A DNA stretch of 64,000 nucleotides from the human T2T-CHM13v2.0 reference genome, Homo sapiens (GCF_009914755.1 NC_060939.1), one strand, 5' to 3'. Positions 15,390 to 37,581 are shown, counted from the stretch's first letter. Notes: generated by a model not told the origin, from the sequence alone. Numbers and translations: made by a program.

Positions 15390-15793
15390 CTAAGCAGGTA
15401 AATGTCCTCATGTCACAGAAGAAAAGATCGACTTGTTTAGAAACCAAGTTAGGTAGGGCTGTCTGTAGTTGGTAGTAAATTATCAACCTGAAGTGGCATT
15501 CAGGCCAGAGAAAAGTCAGGGAAGATAGTTGGAAAATAAAACCCCAATGACTTTTTCATATTTGACTAAAATTTTCAGATCTCTTATTGTTCTTATTCCT
15601 TAGTCATATTTCACCCTCCTTCCTGTTTTATATCTAATAACCTGAAGCAGAAAAGGGCCAGGCCAATCCTACTTTAATCTCTTCCATTCCCCTGCCCCCC
15701 TGGAGTATATTTTTTAATTTTTAAAATTTATTTGTATTTGTTTTTCGTTTATTCAGTCTTGCTGAGTTAAGCAGAAACCTCATAGAGGTGGGG

Positions 15794-16107
15794 TTTTTTT
15801 GTTTGTTTTTGCTTTGTTTTGAGACAGAGTCTTGCTCTGTTGCCCAGGCTGGAGTGCAATGGCACGATCTCGTCTCACTGCAAGCTCTCCGCCTCCTGAG
15901 TTCAAGAGATTCTCCTGCCACAGCCTCCCAAGTAGTTGGGATGACAGGCATGCGCCACCACCCACACCCGGCTAATTTTTGTATTTTTGGTAGAGATGGG
16001 GTTTCACCATGTCGCCCAGGCTGGTCTCAAACTCTTAAGCTCAAATGATCCTCCTGCCTCAATCCTCCAAAGTGTTGGATTACAGGTGTGAGCCACCATG
16101 CCCACCC
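15794..16107 (-). mobile_element. AluS
   Basis: Full reverse Alu. Confidence 0.9.
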
Positions 16108-16524
16108 AAATAATACTTTTAAAGAAAACTTAGATTTTATTGTGGTGCCACTATATACTGGGCATTTATTAAGAATATATATATATTTTTAATCTTGTAT
16201 TGATCTTATCTTAGGGATGGTTCCTTATAATTGCATTTATCCTTCTTATGTGTTTCTGTATCTTTCAGAACCATTTCCAGAATTAATCAGGCTACCGAAC
16301 AATAAGTCCAGTCTTAGCTTATCAACTCTCAGGATGATTCTGATTTTAAAAATTTTCACCAGGTTCCAGCAGTCCCTTATACTATATCAATTTCTTCTCT
16401 CCTTAACCCCTACTCCGGAAACTTTTTACTTGATAATGTTTGTCTGGCTCTTCCTTATTTAATTGCGAGTTTTAAGCTTCTTGCTTTAAAAATATAGCAT
16501 TAGCTGATTTTAAAATTACCTCTG

Positions 16525-16836
<312 letters not shown>

Positions 16837-16939
16837 TCAACAGATCCTATATGGGATGCTTTATAACAAAATTAATGTTTTTCTGGACTTACAGGTTGGA
16901 GGGCTATCCTAGTCAAGCAGTTCAAATTTATGGATACTC

Positions 16940-18850
16940 ATTCAGTTCATCCAACAAATAATTATTAAATAACTACCATGTGCTATACAGTGTGCTGGCA
17001 CTTAGGATAAAGAGTTGAAGCCAGGCATGGTGGCTCACACCTGTAGTCCCAGCTACTTGGAAGGCTGAGGTGGGAAGTTCCTGTGAGCCCAGGAGTTCAA
17101 GTCCAGCTGGGACAACATAGCAAGATCCCATCTAAAAAAATAAAAGTTAAATGGATGTGGTCTCTGCTCTGTGGAGTGTGTGTATATATATGATATATAA
17201 ATAAAAATTATACATATATATTATTATTATTATTTTTAGACACTCTGTCACCCAGGCTGGAGTACAGTGGCACAATCTTGGCCCACTATAACCTCTGCCT
17301 CCTGGGCTCAAGTGATCCTCCCAACTCAGCCTCCCAAGTATCTAGGACTACAGGTGCGTGCCACCACACCTGACCAATTTTGGATTTTTTGTCGAGACAG
17401 GGTTTCACCATGTTGCCCAGGCTCACCACGTTGAACCCCTGGGCTCAAGTGATCCACCCGCCATGGCCTCCCAAAGTGCTGGGATTACAAGCGTGAGCCA
17501 TCGTGCTGGGTTCCTGGAGTTTATATTCTAATGTGGGAGACAGATAAATTGGTTATTATAACAAACTTTGATGAGTAATGATAACATAGGGTATTGTGGG
17601 TGCACAGTGGTGGCCAGAGTATAGTGTAGGATCAAGGAAGATCTCTGCTCAAAAGAGGTGATGGAGATCTCTAACCTCTCTGATAGTTAAACAGAGACCC
17701 AAAGGGATAAGCAGGAATTAGACAGGTGATGGGAGAGAGGGCAAAAGGCTTGTGCCAGGTGAGAGAATAGCATAATCAAAGGCTAAGTGGTAAGACTAAT
17801 CTTGAGGCATGAGAAGAACTGGAAGAAGTTCACTATGACTGGAGGAGGAGGAATAGAATGGTAAGATGAGGCTGGAGTGCTATGGGGTCAGATAGTAGAA
17901 GGCCTTAAAAGCCTTGTTAAAGGATTTGGATTTCATCCTAACATCTGCAGAAAACTATTGTTAGACTTTTTAGTGGATTACAGTGATTGATTTTTGAGTT
18001 TTTGAAGAATTACTCTTGATGTCATCTGCAGAGTGGATTGGAGAACAAGATTGGAGGCATTTAGGAAGCTGTTAGCATAGTTAGCAAGACAGCTGGACCA
18101 GAATAGTATTAATAGGAAAGGAGCAAAGTGGGTAGATTTGAGAGAATAGAAGTTCAATTGATAGCATCTTGGTAATTGATACCATGTTGGGAAGAGATTG
18201 AAGAAGAAGTCGAGAGTCATGTCCAGATTTTGGGCATGAACCAAGCTGTTCATGGAACCACTTACTCATAGGAGGGAACACTGAAAAGGGGCAAGTTTGC
18301 AGGGAATGATAATGAGTTTAACTTGGGACATGTTTTGAGGTGCTTGCACTGCCTGTGCTGGGGATAATGTAAGCAAAATAGATTTGGTCCTGCTCTTTCT
18401 AGGGCATACGGTTTAGTAGGGGAGATAGAATGGAATCAAACAATCATATGCACATCTATCATTTTACACTATTAAAATTATAAAAGTGAAAGTTATAGGA
18501 TGCTGAGAGCCTATAATTAGGAACTGAACCATTCTTGGCGGGTGCAGGGCGGGGGGCGGGGGGCGGGGGTGGGTCAGGGAAAATATCCGTGAAGAAGTTT
18601 GAGTAAATATCTGAAGGATAAATGGTAGTTAATTTGGAAGAGGGAGTTGAATGAATGAACAACCAAGTAGAAATGTCTCTTGAGGACTGGATGTGTGAGA
18701 GAGAGAACTGGAAATCTAAAGATTTAAGAGTTTATTAATGTGAACACATAAATGGTAATTGATGCCATAGAAGTGAGTGCACTTACCCAGGAAGAATGTG
18801 TCTGTATTGAATGAAAGGGGCTCAGTATGGGTCACTGAGGAACACCAAGA
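16940..18850 (-). mobile_element. Long L2 remnant carrying FLAM (17020-17145, +) and AluJ (17220-17511, -)
   Basis: L2 3' end (cattc...caacaaata) followed by purine-rich L2 body motifs (ggatttggatttcatcct, gtccagattttgggcatgaacc, tttaacttgggacatgttttgaggtgc). Confidence 0.75.
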
Positions 18851-19194
18851 AGGTAGCTACCTTAGATGGCATATTGGGAACTGCTTCCTTGTGTCCTAGA
18901 GAGAATACAAAACCCACAGCTGGGAACATATGTCTATACAAACATTTTAAAATCCACTGAAAGAGGTTATAGAACTTGCTTGGTTCTGTAGTTAGAATTG
19001 GTTTTATTGGATTGAGGCACACTTTGAGGAAAAGTTCGTTTCTCATGCCACTTATGAACAATGGAAGAGTGATCTTTGCTTTTTATTTTAACCATTTGCC
19101 ATATTTTCCCTGCCTGGCATCATCACTCTCAACTTTTTTAGTTTTCCTTTTTTCTTTTTTGACCTAATTTTCAGTTATTTAAACTCTCAACTTC

Positions 19195-19320
19195 TAATAG
19201 TATTAAAGTGAAAGCATAGATATTGTAATCAGGCCTATGTTTGAATCCCAGCACTGACTGCCATTTAATATATATAGGATCTTCTGCAAATTACCTCTCC
19301 GTATCTCATTTTCCTTAGAT
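19195..19320 (+). mobile_element. MIR 5' half
   Basis: tttgaatcccagcact...tctcattttcct. Confidence 0.65.
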
Positions 19321-19619
19321 TTTATATGGTTTTAATTTAAAAGATCTAAAAGTACACTGTAAATGCACAGTATATGGAGGTTATAGTATAATAGTTACAG
19401 GTCAGCAACAAATGTTTGTTCTATTTTCCTTTCTCCTTGCAGCCTCTCTTGTCTTTCCAGGCAGGTGAGTAGTTTCATCTGTGATCATTTATGCTCTGTA
19501 CCACCTCCTCATGGCAGTATGTTACAGCAGCTTTTCTACCAGAGCATAAGGAGTCTTGCATTTTTGTGGTAAAAGTCCTTTCTGGAGAAGCAGTACAGGA
19601 AGGTTTCTGGGTTGCTATA

Positions 19620-19816
19620 ACCAGGATTTTTCAACAACAACACTATTGGTATTTGGGGCTAGGGTAATTCTTTGTTGTTGGGGTGGTCCAGTTTATTGTA
19701 GGATGTTTCACAGCATCCATACCTTTATCATATTCGCTCCAAGGTAAGACAACCAAAAATGTCCCCAGACACTGCCAAATATCCCCTGGAGGGCAAAGTT
19801 TTTATTTGAGCACTAT
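19620..19816. mobile_element. MER20 (hAT-Charlie)
   Basis: aattctttgttgttgggg...ttgtaggatgttt...acaaccaaaaatgtccccagacactgccaaatatcccctgg. Confidence 0.85.
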
Positions 19817-22800
19817 TTGCTAAAATATTGTTGTGGATGCTATTTACATAACTGTGTGTTCAGTTTATGAAAATGCAGAGTTGTACATATATGATATATG
19901 TAGTTTTCTGTTGTGAATGTTGTTTCCGTAGAAAGTAGAAAACCAAAGGCAGTTAGAGAGCCAGGCTCCCTAACCTGTGTCTCAGTTTTTATTATCCCCA
20001 AATCTCTATTTTTCTTTTTGTTTTTTTATTCTCGTTTTCTTAAATTTTTGGCTAATATTTTTTTTCCCACACGTTCTGGTATTCTCCCCAAATCTCTAAA
20101 AGGTGAGGTGAAATTAAGGGAGAAAAGGGTTCACAATAGAATGGGAAGACAACAAAAAGTAACCGAGAAACTGACTTCCAAATGTCTCTTCAATTCCTAG
20201 CTGTTAGGATATGGAATTCAACCTAGGGAAATTTCTATTACAAGATTTCAGAAATAAGCTCTGAGTACGGGACAGAATTAAATTATCAGCCGAAGAGATT
20301 ATTTTATTATCTTTCTTCCCACCTTCTCTGCTACACTGACAGCAAAGGAGAGGCTCACCTGATTTTCGTCACTTCAGCTGTTACCTTTACCTGATGGCCA
20401 CTGAAGTTATTTCTGAAAGTGTTCGCTTTTACTTTTAATTTAAAATCTTTCCGTTCTTCTTTACTTTGTACAGGTGGGTAGAAAGTCCTTCCATATTAGA
20501 TAATGTTGACTACCCCCTGAGAATGTAGTCCCCAGAGAAATCCTTGGATAGCACTCAAGCTGGAAGCAATAGGTTAAGTAACCCACGTCCATGTCTTAAG
20601 AGGAGTCCAAGATAAGATCCCATTTTGAAGTTTGAAAGATCCTGTAAAGGGAAGGCAGACCTTGGGCCAAGCAGCCTTTGAGGTGGTAACCAGCTCATAA
20701 ACAAGAGCTGGCATGTGCCAACAAAGTCTCTCATCCTGGCTCCAGAGTTGGCTGAGGAGAGAAATTTGTGGAAGCCTCTGTAAGTGGAGGATTGTTCTTG
20801 GCTTTGGCTTTTGTGTGGCTGGATATGGAGTAGGGAGGGAGCTTGGACCTGGTCTCTGGGGTGTAGGCATTTCCCTGAGAGGAGGATTTTTTTTCCTTTC
20901 CTTGTTTTATTTTTTCCTCCCTGTCCTTCCCTTAGTGTTAACATTTCAAGGTACAGGAAATGATTGGATACTGATTGTTTTATAACTCTCTTAGGACAGC
21001 CTATTAATATTCTGCTGCCAAGACGACAGTCAGGAGGAATTTAGGTAGAATCAAGGCTCATAACCTTTATGAAAATACCCTAAGCAGGGAACCTTCAATT
21101 TATTTTGAAGTGTTTGAGTTTTACTAAAAGCCCATCATTGCCAGTGTGGTTTTTTAAAATGGACAGCCATAGTGGCTAAGGAGACCAGTAAGACCTGGAG
21201 TTGGCAGCAGAGTGAGCCTTCTGAGGAAAAAAGGAAGAGGAATATTGGTGTGGGAAAGAGGTGCAGCTGTGCCACTGGATCCCTGTCCCTTCATTATTCT
21301 TTACTGGCCCTGGCAGCTGTCAAAGTTTGCTTAATAGAGTTGTGGGCTGGAGATTGTTTCTTAATCCCTGTATAGGAGTACCAAGCTCCAGCTGTGTTAT
21401 CTAGGCTCTGGGGCCCTAGCACTTGGCCAACTAATGCTGAGGCATCTGGTGACTCGAGACAAAAGCCTATTATGTCAGAGAGAAGATTGGGCAAAGCACA
21501 AGCATTGTTATCTCTAATGCCCCCAGGGCAAACTCTGTACTTGGCAAGTGAGAATGCCTTGACCTTGTGAGTTTACAGCAACCTGTCCACTCGGTTTTCT
21601 GTTTCTTTGAGATTATTTTCTACTAACGAGGTTTCAGCATTCTGGCATTGAAATCTATAAGTGCTTTATTGTAAAGAATTTGGAAAATTCAGAAAAGTAA
21701 AAGGAAGAACATAAAAATTGTACTTCATTCTACCAGATTCTTAAGAGAAGAATTTCTTTAATGTTGTGGAACTGGCTGAGATTATTGGTTCAGGACTGGC
21801 TTGGGCATGATCTATACCTCATGAATCTCAACTCTGTCCCTTTAAGCATCTTTAATTTTCCCATTAGAGATCTGAACTGGTTTGGCCCTGCTTGGCTAGA
21901 TTTTATTACAATTGATGTGATCTCACCCTGGAGTATGAAACTCATCTTCTTTGTTTAGGTTTTTATAACTTATCTCAAACCAATTTTTTATCTTCATTTG
22001 TGATTGTCTTCAGAAGTCTGGGTGTTTGTTTTTTTTAAACTGATGGTGGTGAGTATGTAGGGAGAGAGTAGTTTTGCAATTTTTAAAGACTTAATGTTGA
22101 CCTGCTTTCTTCTCTTTGGAAAGAGGTGTCTGTGATGTCAGTTAACATAATTTGCTTTCGTTGATGAGCTTGCTCAAGACATAAGCTTATGAGATTTCTA
22201 GTTGTATAAAAAGAAAAGGGCTGTCTTTCATGTTTTCTTTTCCTTGCTGGAGTAGCATTTTAGTTAAGGAAGTTGCACAAAAAGAAACCCATCTTTTTTC
22301 TGTGTAATTTTCTATATGGATTTCTATGTTGACCAGTCTAGACCTTTTGTCTATTCGATGTTTACATAGATGTTTAGATTTAACTTTTAATACATTGTGG
22401 TTAAAAAAAAAAAAAAGGAAATTTTGGTGCAATAGAGAAAAGTATTTTGGATTTATTTATTGTTCCTTTTAAATGTTAAAATGAGGCAGGAATACAGTAC
22501 TTGCAGCCTATTGTCTAAGAGTACTCTTTGACATTTATAATATCAGGTATAAGCATTTCCAAAAGAGATCTTCCTTAACATACCATACCCTTAATGATCT
22601 TTTGACAGGACAGAAATGGGGAGAGATGTTAGCAGGGTATATTTTAATTTATATTCTCCAAAAGTATACATCCTATACTATGATGAATTATTATAGATTT
22701 TATTTTCATGTAATATGGACTCCCTTGCATAACTGGAGAGAAACAGCTTCCAATTAAAGTAATTATGCTAGCAGCTCTGAGACTACTCTTTGGAACTGTT

Positions 22801-22923
22801 GTCAGCACTTTGGTTTGAAGAAATCAGACCAGGATTGACTGCCTAATAGTAGGCTTTTACCAAGAGCCTGACATAAGAATTTCAGGAAATCTAGGAAAAT
22901 CTTTGAAAATCTGCTATATTATA

Positions 22924-23218
<295 letters not shown>

Positions 23219-23464
23219 CTATGTTATAAACTTAAATTTCATGTGAATGGAAGATTGAGAAATGATGGCTGATGGCCTAAGCTCTGGGTAGAATTTCAAC
23301 TTTTTGCATGTTTATCAAATGGCTTTAATGTTCCTGCCTTTTCCTGGTTATTATTTAAAAAAAAGTAATGTTTCCAGAAACCATTTAACAACTGATAACT
23401 GGAAAATTTTTTGGAAGAGGTTAGCTAGACAGGTTATACGGGTTTTTTTTTTTTCCTCATACAG

Positions 23465-26040
<2,576 letters not shown>

Positions 26041-26047
26041 TATGGGA

Positions 26048-26414
<367 letters not shown>

Positions 26415-26929
26415 TAGTTAGAGATTTTAAATTATGTTGATATTTTTCAGAACAAGATAATTCTTGAGGAACAGGTGAGGAAGGAGGCTGGAGAAACCTC
26501 TGGAATGTAAAGCACACAAGATTGAGAGCACCTAGCTTCTAGTGTCCATTCCCCTACTTAAGCTGAATAACATTGGAAATTCTGTTTAATTCTTTGGGCT
26601 TCCTTCATTCATGCTTTCTGTTCATCACATATTTATTGATCATCTAGTTTGCCAGGTATTTTGAGGATGCAGGGTTAAAAGACTAACGGCTATCTGAGTC
26701 GTTGTCGTCAGATATCAGCTACACTCCATTTCCAACGTCTTTTTTTTTTTTTTCTTCTGTAAAGATGGAGGTGATGGGCATATTTGATTTGTGGGGACAT
26801 GTTACGGCCCTGCTTATTTTCAGAGTTCAGTATATTCTCAGTGTTAAGACCAGCCTTACACATAAGATGGCATGAGTGCTACCTATGTGTCAGTCTCTTA
26901 CACAATTATTATTTCAAAGTACTGTAGTT

Positions 26930-27330
26930 ATAGCAGTGACTCCCAAATATCCATTCCCTGCCCTGACATCTTTACTAAATTTGACCATGATTTCCAGTTG
27001 CCTAACAGATTTCCTTGCTTAGTTGTCCCAAATGTACTTCAAATTCACAAAGTTCAAAGAAAAATCATAATTTGTCCCTAAAGTCCACCTCTCTCCATTC
27101 CTTTCTCCAGTACTTTCTCAGTGTTAGTACTGGGAATACTTCTGCCCAGTCACCCAAACTAGAAACTTGTGAGTCATCTTTGATGCCTTTCCCTCACTGC
27201 TCACATCTGGTACATCACAAAGGTTCTTTAAGAGACTATCTCCTGCTTATCTCTTGTAACTTCCCCTCTTTATACTTGTTGCCACTTCCTTTGTTCAGAC
27301 CCTCATCATTTTTAACCTGGACCAAACTCT
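26930..27330 (+). mobile_element. L2 fragment
   Basis: gactcccaaatat...acttcaaattcac...cccagtcacccaaactagaaacttgtgagtcatctttga. Confidence 0.65.
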
Positions 27331-27535
27331 ACTCTTACCCCCTTTCTTTCCCACTTGTCATTCAGGATCCAACTTAAATATCACTTTCTCTTTACAGCAT
27401 ATTCTTGTTAGCCAGTTGCTCAGACTTCCGAATGAAGTTAAACACCTATTAATTTTATAGAAATATTGAATATTATATAGGGGTTAATAGCACAAATTAT
27501 AGAATTATGCAGGCTTGAGTTTGAATCCTGGCTCC

Positions 27536-27770
27536 TTTTTTTTTTTGAGTTGGAGTCTCGCTCTGTTGCCCAGGCTGGAGTGCAGTGACGCGATCTCGGC
27601 TCACTGCAACCTCCACCTCCTGGGTTCAAGCGATTCTGCTGCCTCAGCCTCCTGAGTAGGTGGGACTACAGGTGCGTGCCACCACGCCCAGCTAATTTTT
27701 GAATTTTTTAGTAGAGATGGGGTTTCACCATATTAGCCAGGCTGGTCTCGAACTCCTGACCTCTTGATCC
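27536..27770 (-). mobile_element. 5'-truncated AluS
   Basis: Ends at TGATCC; flanked by GAATCCTGGCTC on both sides. Confidence 0.9.
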
Positions 27771-27899
27771 AGAATCCTGGCTCTTTTTTATTGGTGGGGG
27801 TTTTAAAAAAATTTATTATTATTATTATTATTATTATTTTTAATTTTTTGTGGGTTTTTTTATTGTTTAATTTCTTGTTTGTTTGTTTTTTGTTTTTTT

Positions 27900-29171
<1,272 letters not shown>

Positions 29172-29172
29172 C

Positions 29173-29740
<568 letters not shown>

Positions 29741-30020
29741 TGAATCCTAGCTCCTAATAGCTGTGTGACTTTGAGCATATTACCTAGCCTCTGGGCCTCA
29801 GTTTCCTTTTATCTGTAAAGTAACACTGATAACTACTTTATAGAGCAGAAGTGAAGATTAAATGCAATTACAAAGGTTATAATTATACTATCACGGCTAC
29901 AATATATTGAACATACATTATTTGCTAATCACTGTGCTAAGTATAATACTTGATACTTATTGCCCATGGAAAGTAGTTAGCTCAATGCTTAATATTAGTA
30001 GGGATTCAATAAACAAAAGC
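29741..30020 (+). mobile_element. MIR body (5' part at ~27470-27535)
   Basis: tgaatcctagctcc...agctgtgtgactttg...gcctcagtttcc...gaagattaaatg. Confidence 0.75.
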
Positions 30021-30828
30021 TAGTATTTTCTGTGTGGTCTTCTTCCATTCTTAGCATCTTAAGGGCAAGAACGATGTCTTATCTTTGTGACTGACAGTAT
30101 GGTAGATAACAATAAACAGTTGTTGAGTTTGAATTTATTTAATGGGATTTGAGTAACTGCCAAGAGGTCTTCAGTATAATATTCCCTGCTAACTTGACTG
30201 CAGTTCCTTTGGAATTGAAGGTTTTGAGTTTTCTATTAAAGTATACATACCCCTAGAGAGAAGTAATACTTTGAGCTATTATCAACAGCCATCTTAAGGA
30301 AATTAGTTGTTTATCAGCTGCTTTCAAATCTGAGAAAGACCTTGCAGGATGAGACTTGGGTAGGAAAGAAAGAAGATGGGAAAGAGACCTGAGCTCACAA
30401 TATCATGTGTAACAAAATCACTTTTTCCTATTTGCCTCAGAATTACTCTTTTTCCTAATTTGTAATGTATATCATTCCACTTAACATACATGTACTGCAT
30501 TTAATACCTATAGCTCTCCTGTGGGACCATGGAATTAGATCAGCAGAAATGAGTCATTTCCATTACTTGAATTACTTAGGTTATTTAGCACTTTGTGATA
30601 TTATGGGCAAGATGGCAGATTCACTCCCTATGTAGTTAATAGCTTTATATTGAGTACTGAGAGGATATTCTAGACCTGGTCCCTAATTTTGGCCAGCTAT
30701 TTTGGCCAAATTAATGTCAGTTATCAGCTGCCCTATGAACTGCCCAGAGGATTGCTGAATACAAGATGAGATGATAAACCTAAAAACACTGAAAAAGCTA
30801 CACAAATGCAAAGTGGATTATTCCAGAC

Positions 30829-31127
30829 ATTATTATTATTATTATTTGGGACAGTCTCGCTCTGTCACCCAGGCTGCAGTGCAGTGGCGACAATCATGGC
30901 TCACTGCAACTTCCGCCTTCTGGGTTCAAGTGATCCTTCCACCTCAGCCTACCAAGTAGCTGGGACTACAAATGTGAGCCACCATGCCCAGCTAATTTTT
31001 TATATTTTTTGTGGAGACGGGGTCTCCCTATGTTGCCCAGGCGGGTCTTGAACTCCTGAGCTCAAGAACTTCCCACCTCAGCCTCCCAAAGTGCTGGGAT
31101 TAGAAATTTGAGCCATTGTGCCCAGCC
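30829..31127 (-). mobile_element. AluJ
   Basis: (TTA)n tail; TSD TTATT(C/T)CAGAC. Confidence 0.9.
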
Positions 31128-31259
31128 TTATTTCAGACTTTAACACATGACCTTGGAAAACGCAATGTTGTGGGCCTCAGTTTCCTCATCTCTAAAATGA
31201 AAGACTTGGGAAAAAAAATTACTTCCAACACCCTTGTCAACTCTAACATTCTTAGAAAT

Positions 31260-31900
31260 TCCATTCTCTCTCTTTCTAACCTATGTCCCTTGCTTCCATA
31301 TAGTCTGTTCTTAGCACAGCAGCCAAAATGATTCTTTGAAACTTGTCCATTCATTATCACTTCTTTGCTCAGAACCCTCCATTGGCTCTTAATTTCATTC
31401 AGAGAAAAAGTCAATGATCCACATGATCTGTGCTTCTCTCTGCCATACCTCTATGGCCTTATCTCCTATTTCTCCCTACTAGCATGCCCCTCCAGCCCTA
31501 CTGGATTCTGCTGTTCCTTGAAATGCAGCTCCTCTTGCCTTAGGTCTCTTACATCGAAGGTTCTGGCTACTAGAATTCTTTTATCACAGAGAAGTACGTA
31601 GCATGGCCAACTCCCTCATCTCTCTCAAGTCTTCACTCAAATGTCAACCTATTTGAAATTTGCAACCACCTCTGTACCCTCCTTTTATCCTATCCCATTA
31701 TTTTTTCTCGAAGCACTAATCTTTTTAATTTACTATGTGTATACTTTATTATGCTTATTGTTTATTATCTATCTGCTAGAATGTAAACTCTACCAAGGCA
31801 GAGATTTTGTTTTCTTTTGTTTTGCTTTGTGAATCTTTGTTTCTCAAGCACCTATAATAGTACCTGGCCCAATAAATATTTATTAAACATATGAATGAAA
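31260..31900 (+). mobile_element. L2a 3' region
   Basis: acacagcagccaaaatgatt...ctagaatgtaaactc...ggcagagattttg...caataaatatttattaa...tgaatgaa. Confidence 0.85.
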
Positions 31901-32487
31901 TGTGCAGTATGGTAAATACTAATCTCATTTTTAGCTGATGTGAGCCTCAGTTGACTGATTTATGAAATGCTGGTTTTGTTCTCTGTCTTTTTTGTTAGAG
32001 GCATTCCTCAGATATCTGGTAGTACTTGGTTGTCTGCTCACGTTTTAAACATCTTTAAGATGGAGCGCTGAAAGTTATATTTGAAGCTGTGAGTGCATTT
32101 GCAGGACATCTTTATGGTGAGCTTCACAGCGAGATGACTGTTAAGTTGGGAAACCCCAGATGTCAAGATCGTTAGGTGTTTCCTTATAGGCTTACCAGAT
32201 TTCTTAGAAAAATAACAAGCCCCTTCCAATCCTCCTGGAGAGTAAAGATTTCTTTGAGCTAGGTGAAAAAGAGGACTGGGGCTTCAGCCTTCAGCATTCA
32301 GTATGTTTAAATCCACATTTAATCTCCTTATTTTAGGTACGGTACTCATGTCCTCCACTATTCCTGGAGCACCCTGGTCCAGAGATCCTCTATTTGAGCT
32401 TTCTCTATTTGAGAAACTAGCCTCTCTAGTTTTTTTGGGTCGGGGGTGGTATGTGAGTGAGAAAAGGAATTAAATAAATAATTGCTG

Positions 32488-32782
32488 CTTTTTTTTTTTT
32501 GAGACAGAGTCTGCTCTGTCACCAAGGCTGGAGTGCAGTGGCGCAATCTTGGCTGACTGCAACCTCTACCTCCCACGTTTAAGCGATCTTCCTGCCTCAG
32601 CCTCCTGAGTAGCTGGGGCCACAAGTGTTTGCCACCACGCCTGGCTAATGTTTGTATTTTTAGTAGAGATGGGGTTCCATCATGTTGTCCAGGCTGGTCT
32701 CGAACTCATGGGCTCAAGCCATCTGCCCGTCTCAGCCCTCCCAAAGTACTGGGATTACAGGCATGAGCCACTGTGCCCAGCC
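32488..32782 (-). mobile_element. AluS
   Basis: TSD ATAATTGCT. Confidence 0.9.
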
Positions 32783-33139
32783 ATAATTGCTTCTTATATA
32801 GTTTTCAATCAGTGTTATTCATCCTAAATCATTGATTTCACATCATCTGGTACTGCCAGTTACTGAGCTTTTAGGGGAAGATTCTGTAGTGTTGATTGGT
32901 ATAGTTCAAAGTTTTTTCTGTTGCATGCTTATTATTCAATATAGCGTTCTTAGGTTTGCTTAGTCAGTTATCATTCCTTCATTTGCTTTCCACGTTCCAA
33001 AATATTGTTGTCTCCTCTCTAGTTCATCCCCCTCCTTGTGGGTTTAAGTCTTTTAAAATTCTTTATTGTTTCAGTGTGGTTTTTGTCTACTCTATTTATT
33101 GCAACTATTTTCTTGTTTCCCATTTTTCTTGTTTGCTTT

Positions 33140-35450
<2,311 letters not shown>

Positions 35451-36025
35451 CATTTTCTAACTGAGTGATGTTTTTTAAATATATATTTTTTAGAGACAGG
35501 GTCTCACTCTGTGGCACAGAGTGCCATTGTAGCTTTGAACTCCTCAGCTCAAGCTGTCCTCCCGCCTCAGCCTCATGAGTAGCTAGTACTACAGGCACAT
35601 GCCACTACACCTGGCTAATTTTTTTATTTGTTTGTGGAGACAGGGTCTTACTATGTTGCTGAGGCTGGTGTTTAACTCCTGGACTGCAGTGACCCTCTCA
35701 TCTCAGCCTCCCAAAGTGTTGGGATTACAGGCATGCGCCCCTGTGCCCAGCCTATGGCATGATTTTAGAAGTGGTTTATGACTGTATAGCCTCTTCCTGT
35801 TCTTGCTTGTTTTCTGAGCCTGATTCTCCAGACTTCCTGGGAATTCAGTGAGTCACCCACTACTAACCTTTCATCTTTTGCTTGAATCAACTAGGGTTCG
35901 TTTCTGTATGCAACTAGGGACCTTGAGTTATATAGTTTCTGAATTTTGAGAGTAAAAACCACAATACATATTAAAGAAGTGCACCATCTAACCAGGGAGA
36001 TGGGACTTAATGAAATACTAGAACT

Positions 36026-36999
<974 letters not shown>

Positions 37000-37149
37000 A
37001 AATACTAGAGCTGTATTACACAGAAATGTGATAGCTTATCTAACACAGACAAGTGATACAAATAAAGGGGAAATTAATGGCTGGAGCATGTGGAACAGGT
37101 TTATAGAAAAACTGGATGCAAAAATTTACATAGAAAGAAGAAGTGTTTA

Positions 37150-37581
<432 letters not shown>

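Noticed and set aside
20060-20090. Resemblance of the orphan insert to the 5S rRNA 3' end (GAATACC...) or to a C/D snoRNA segment (AGAACGTGTGG)
   Set aside because: Matches are only 7-15 nt, too short to assign.
20555-20985. Overlapping non-repeat ORFs (129, 98, 90 aa)
   Set aside because: No recognisable domain or coding bias, and lengths are compatible with chance.
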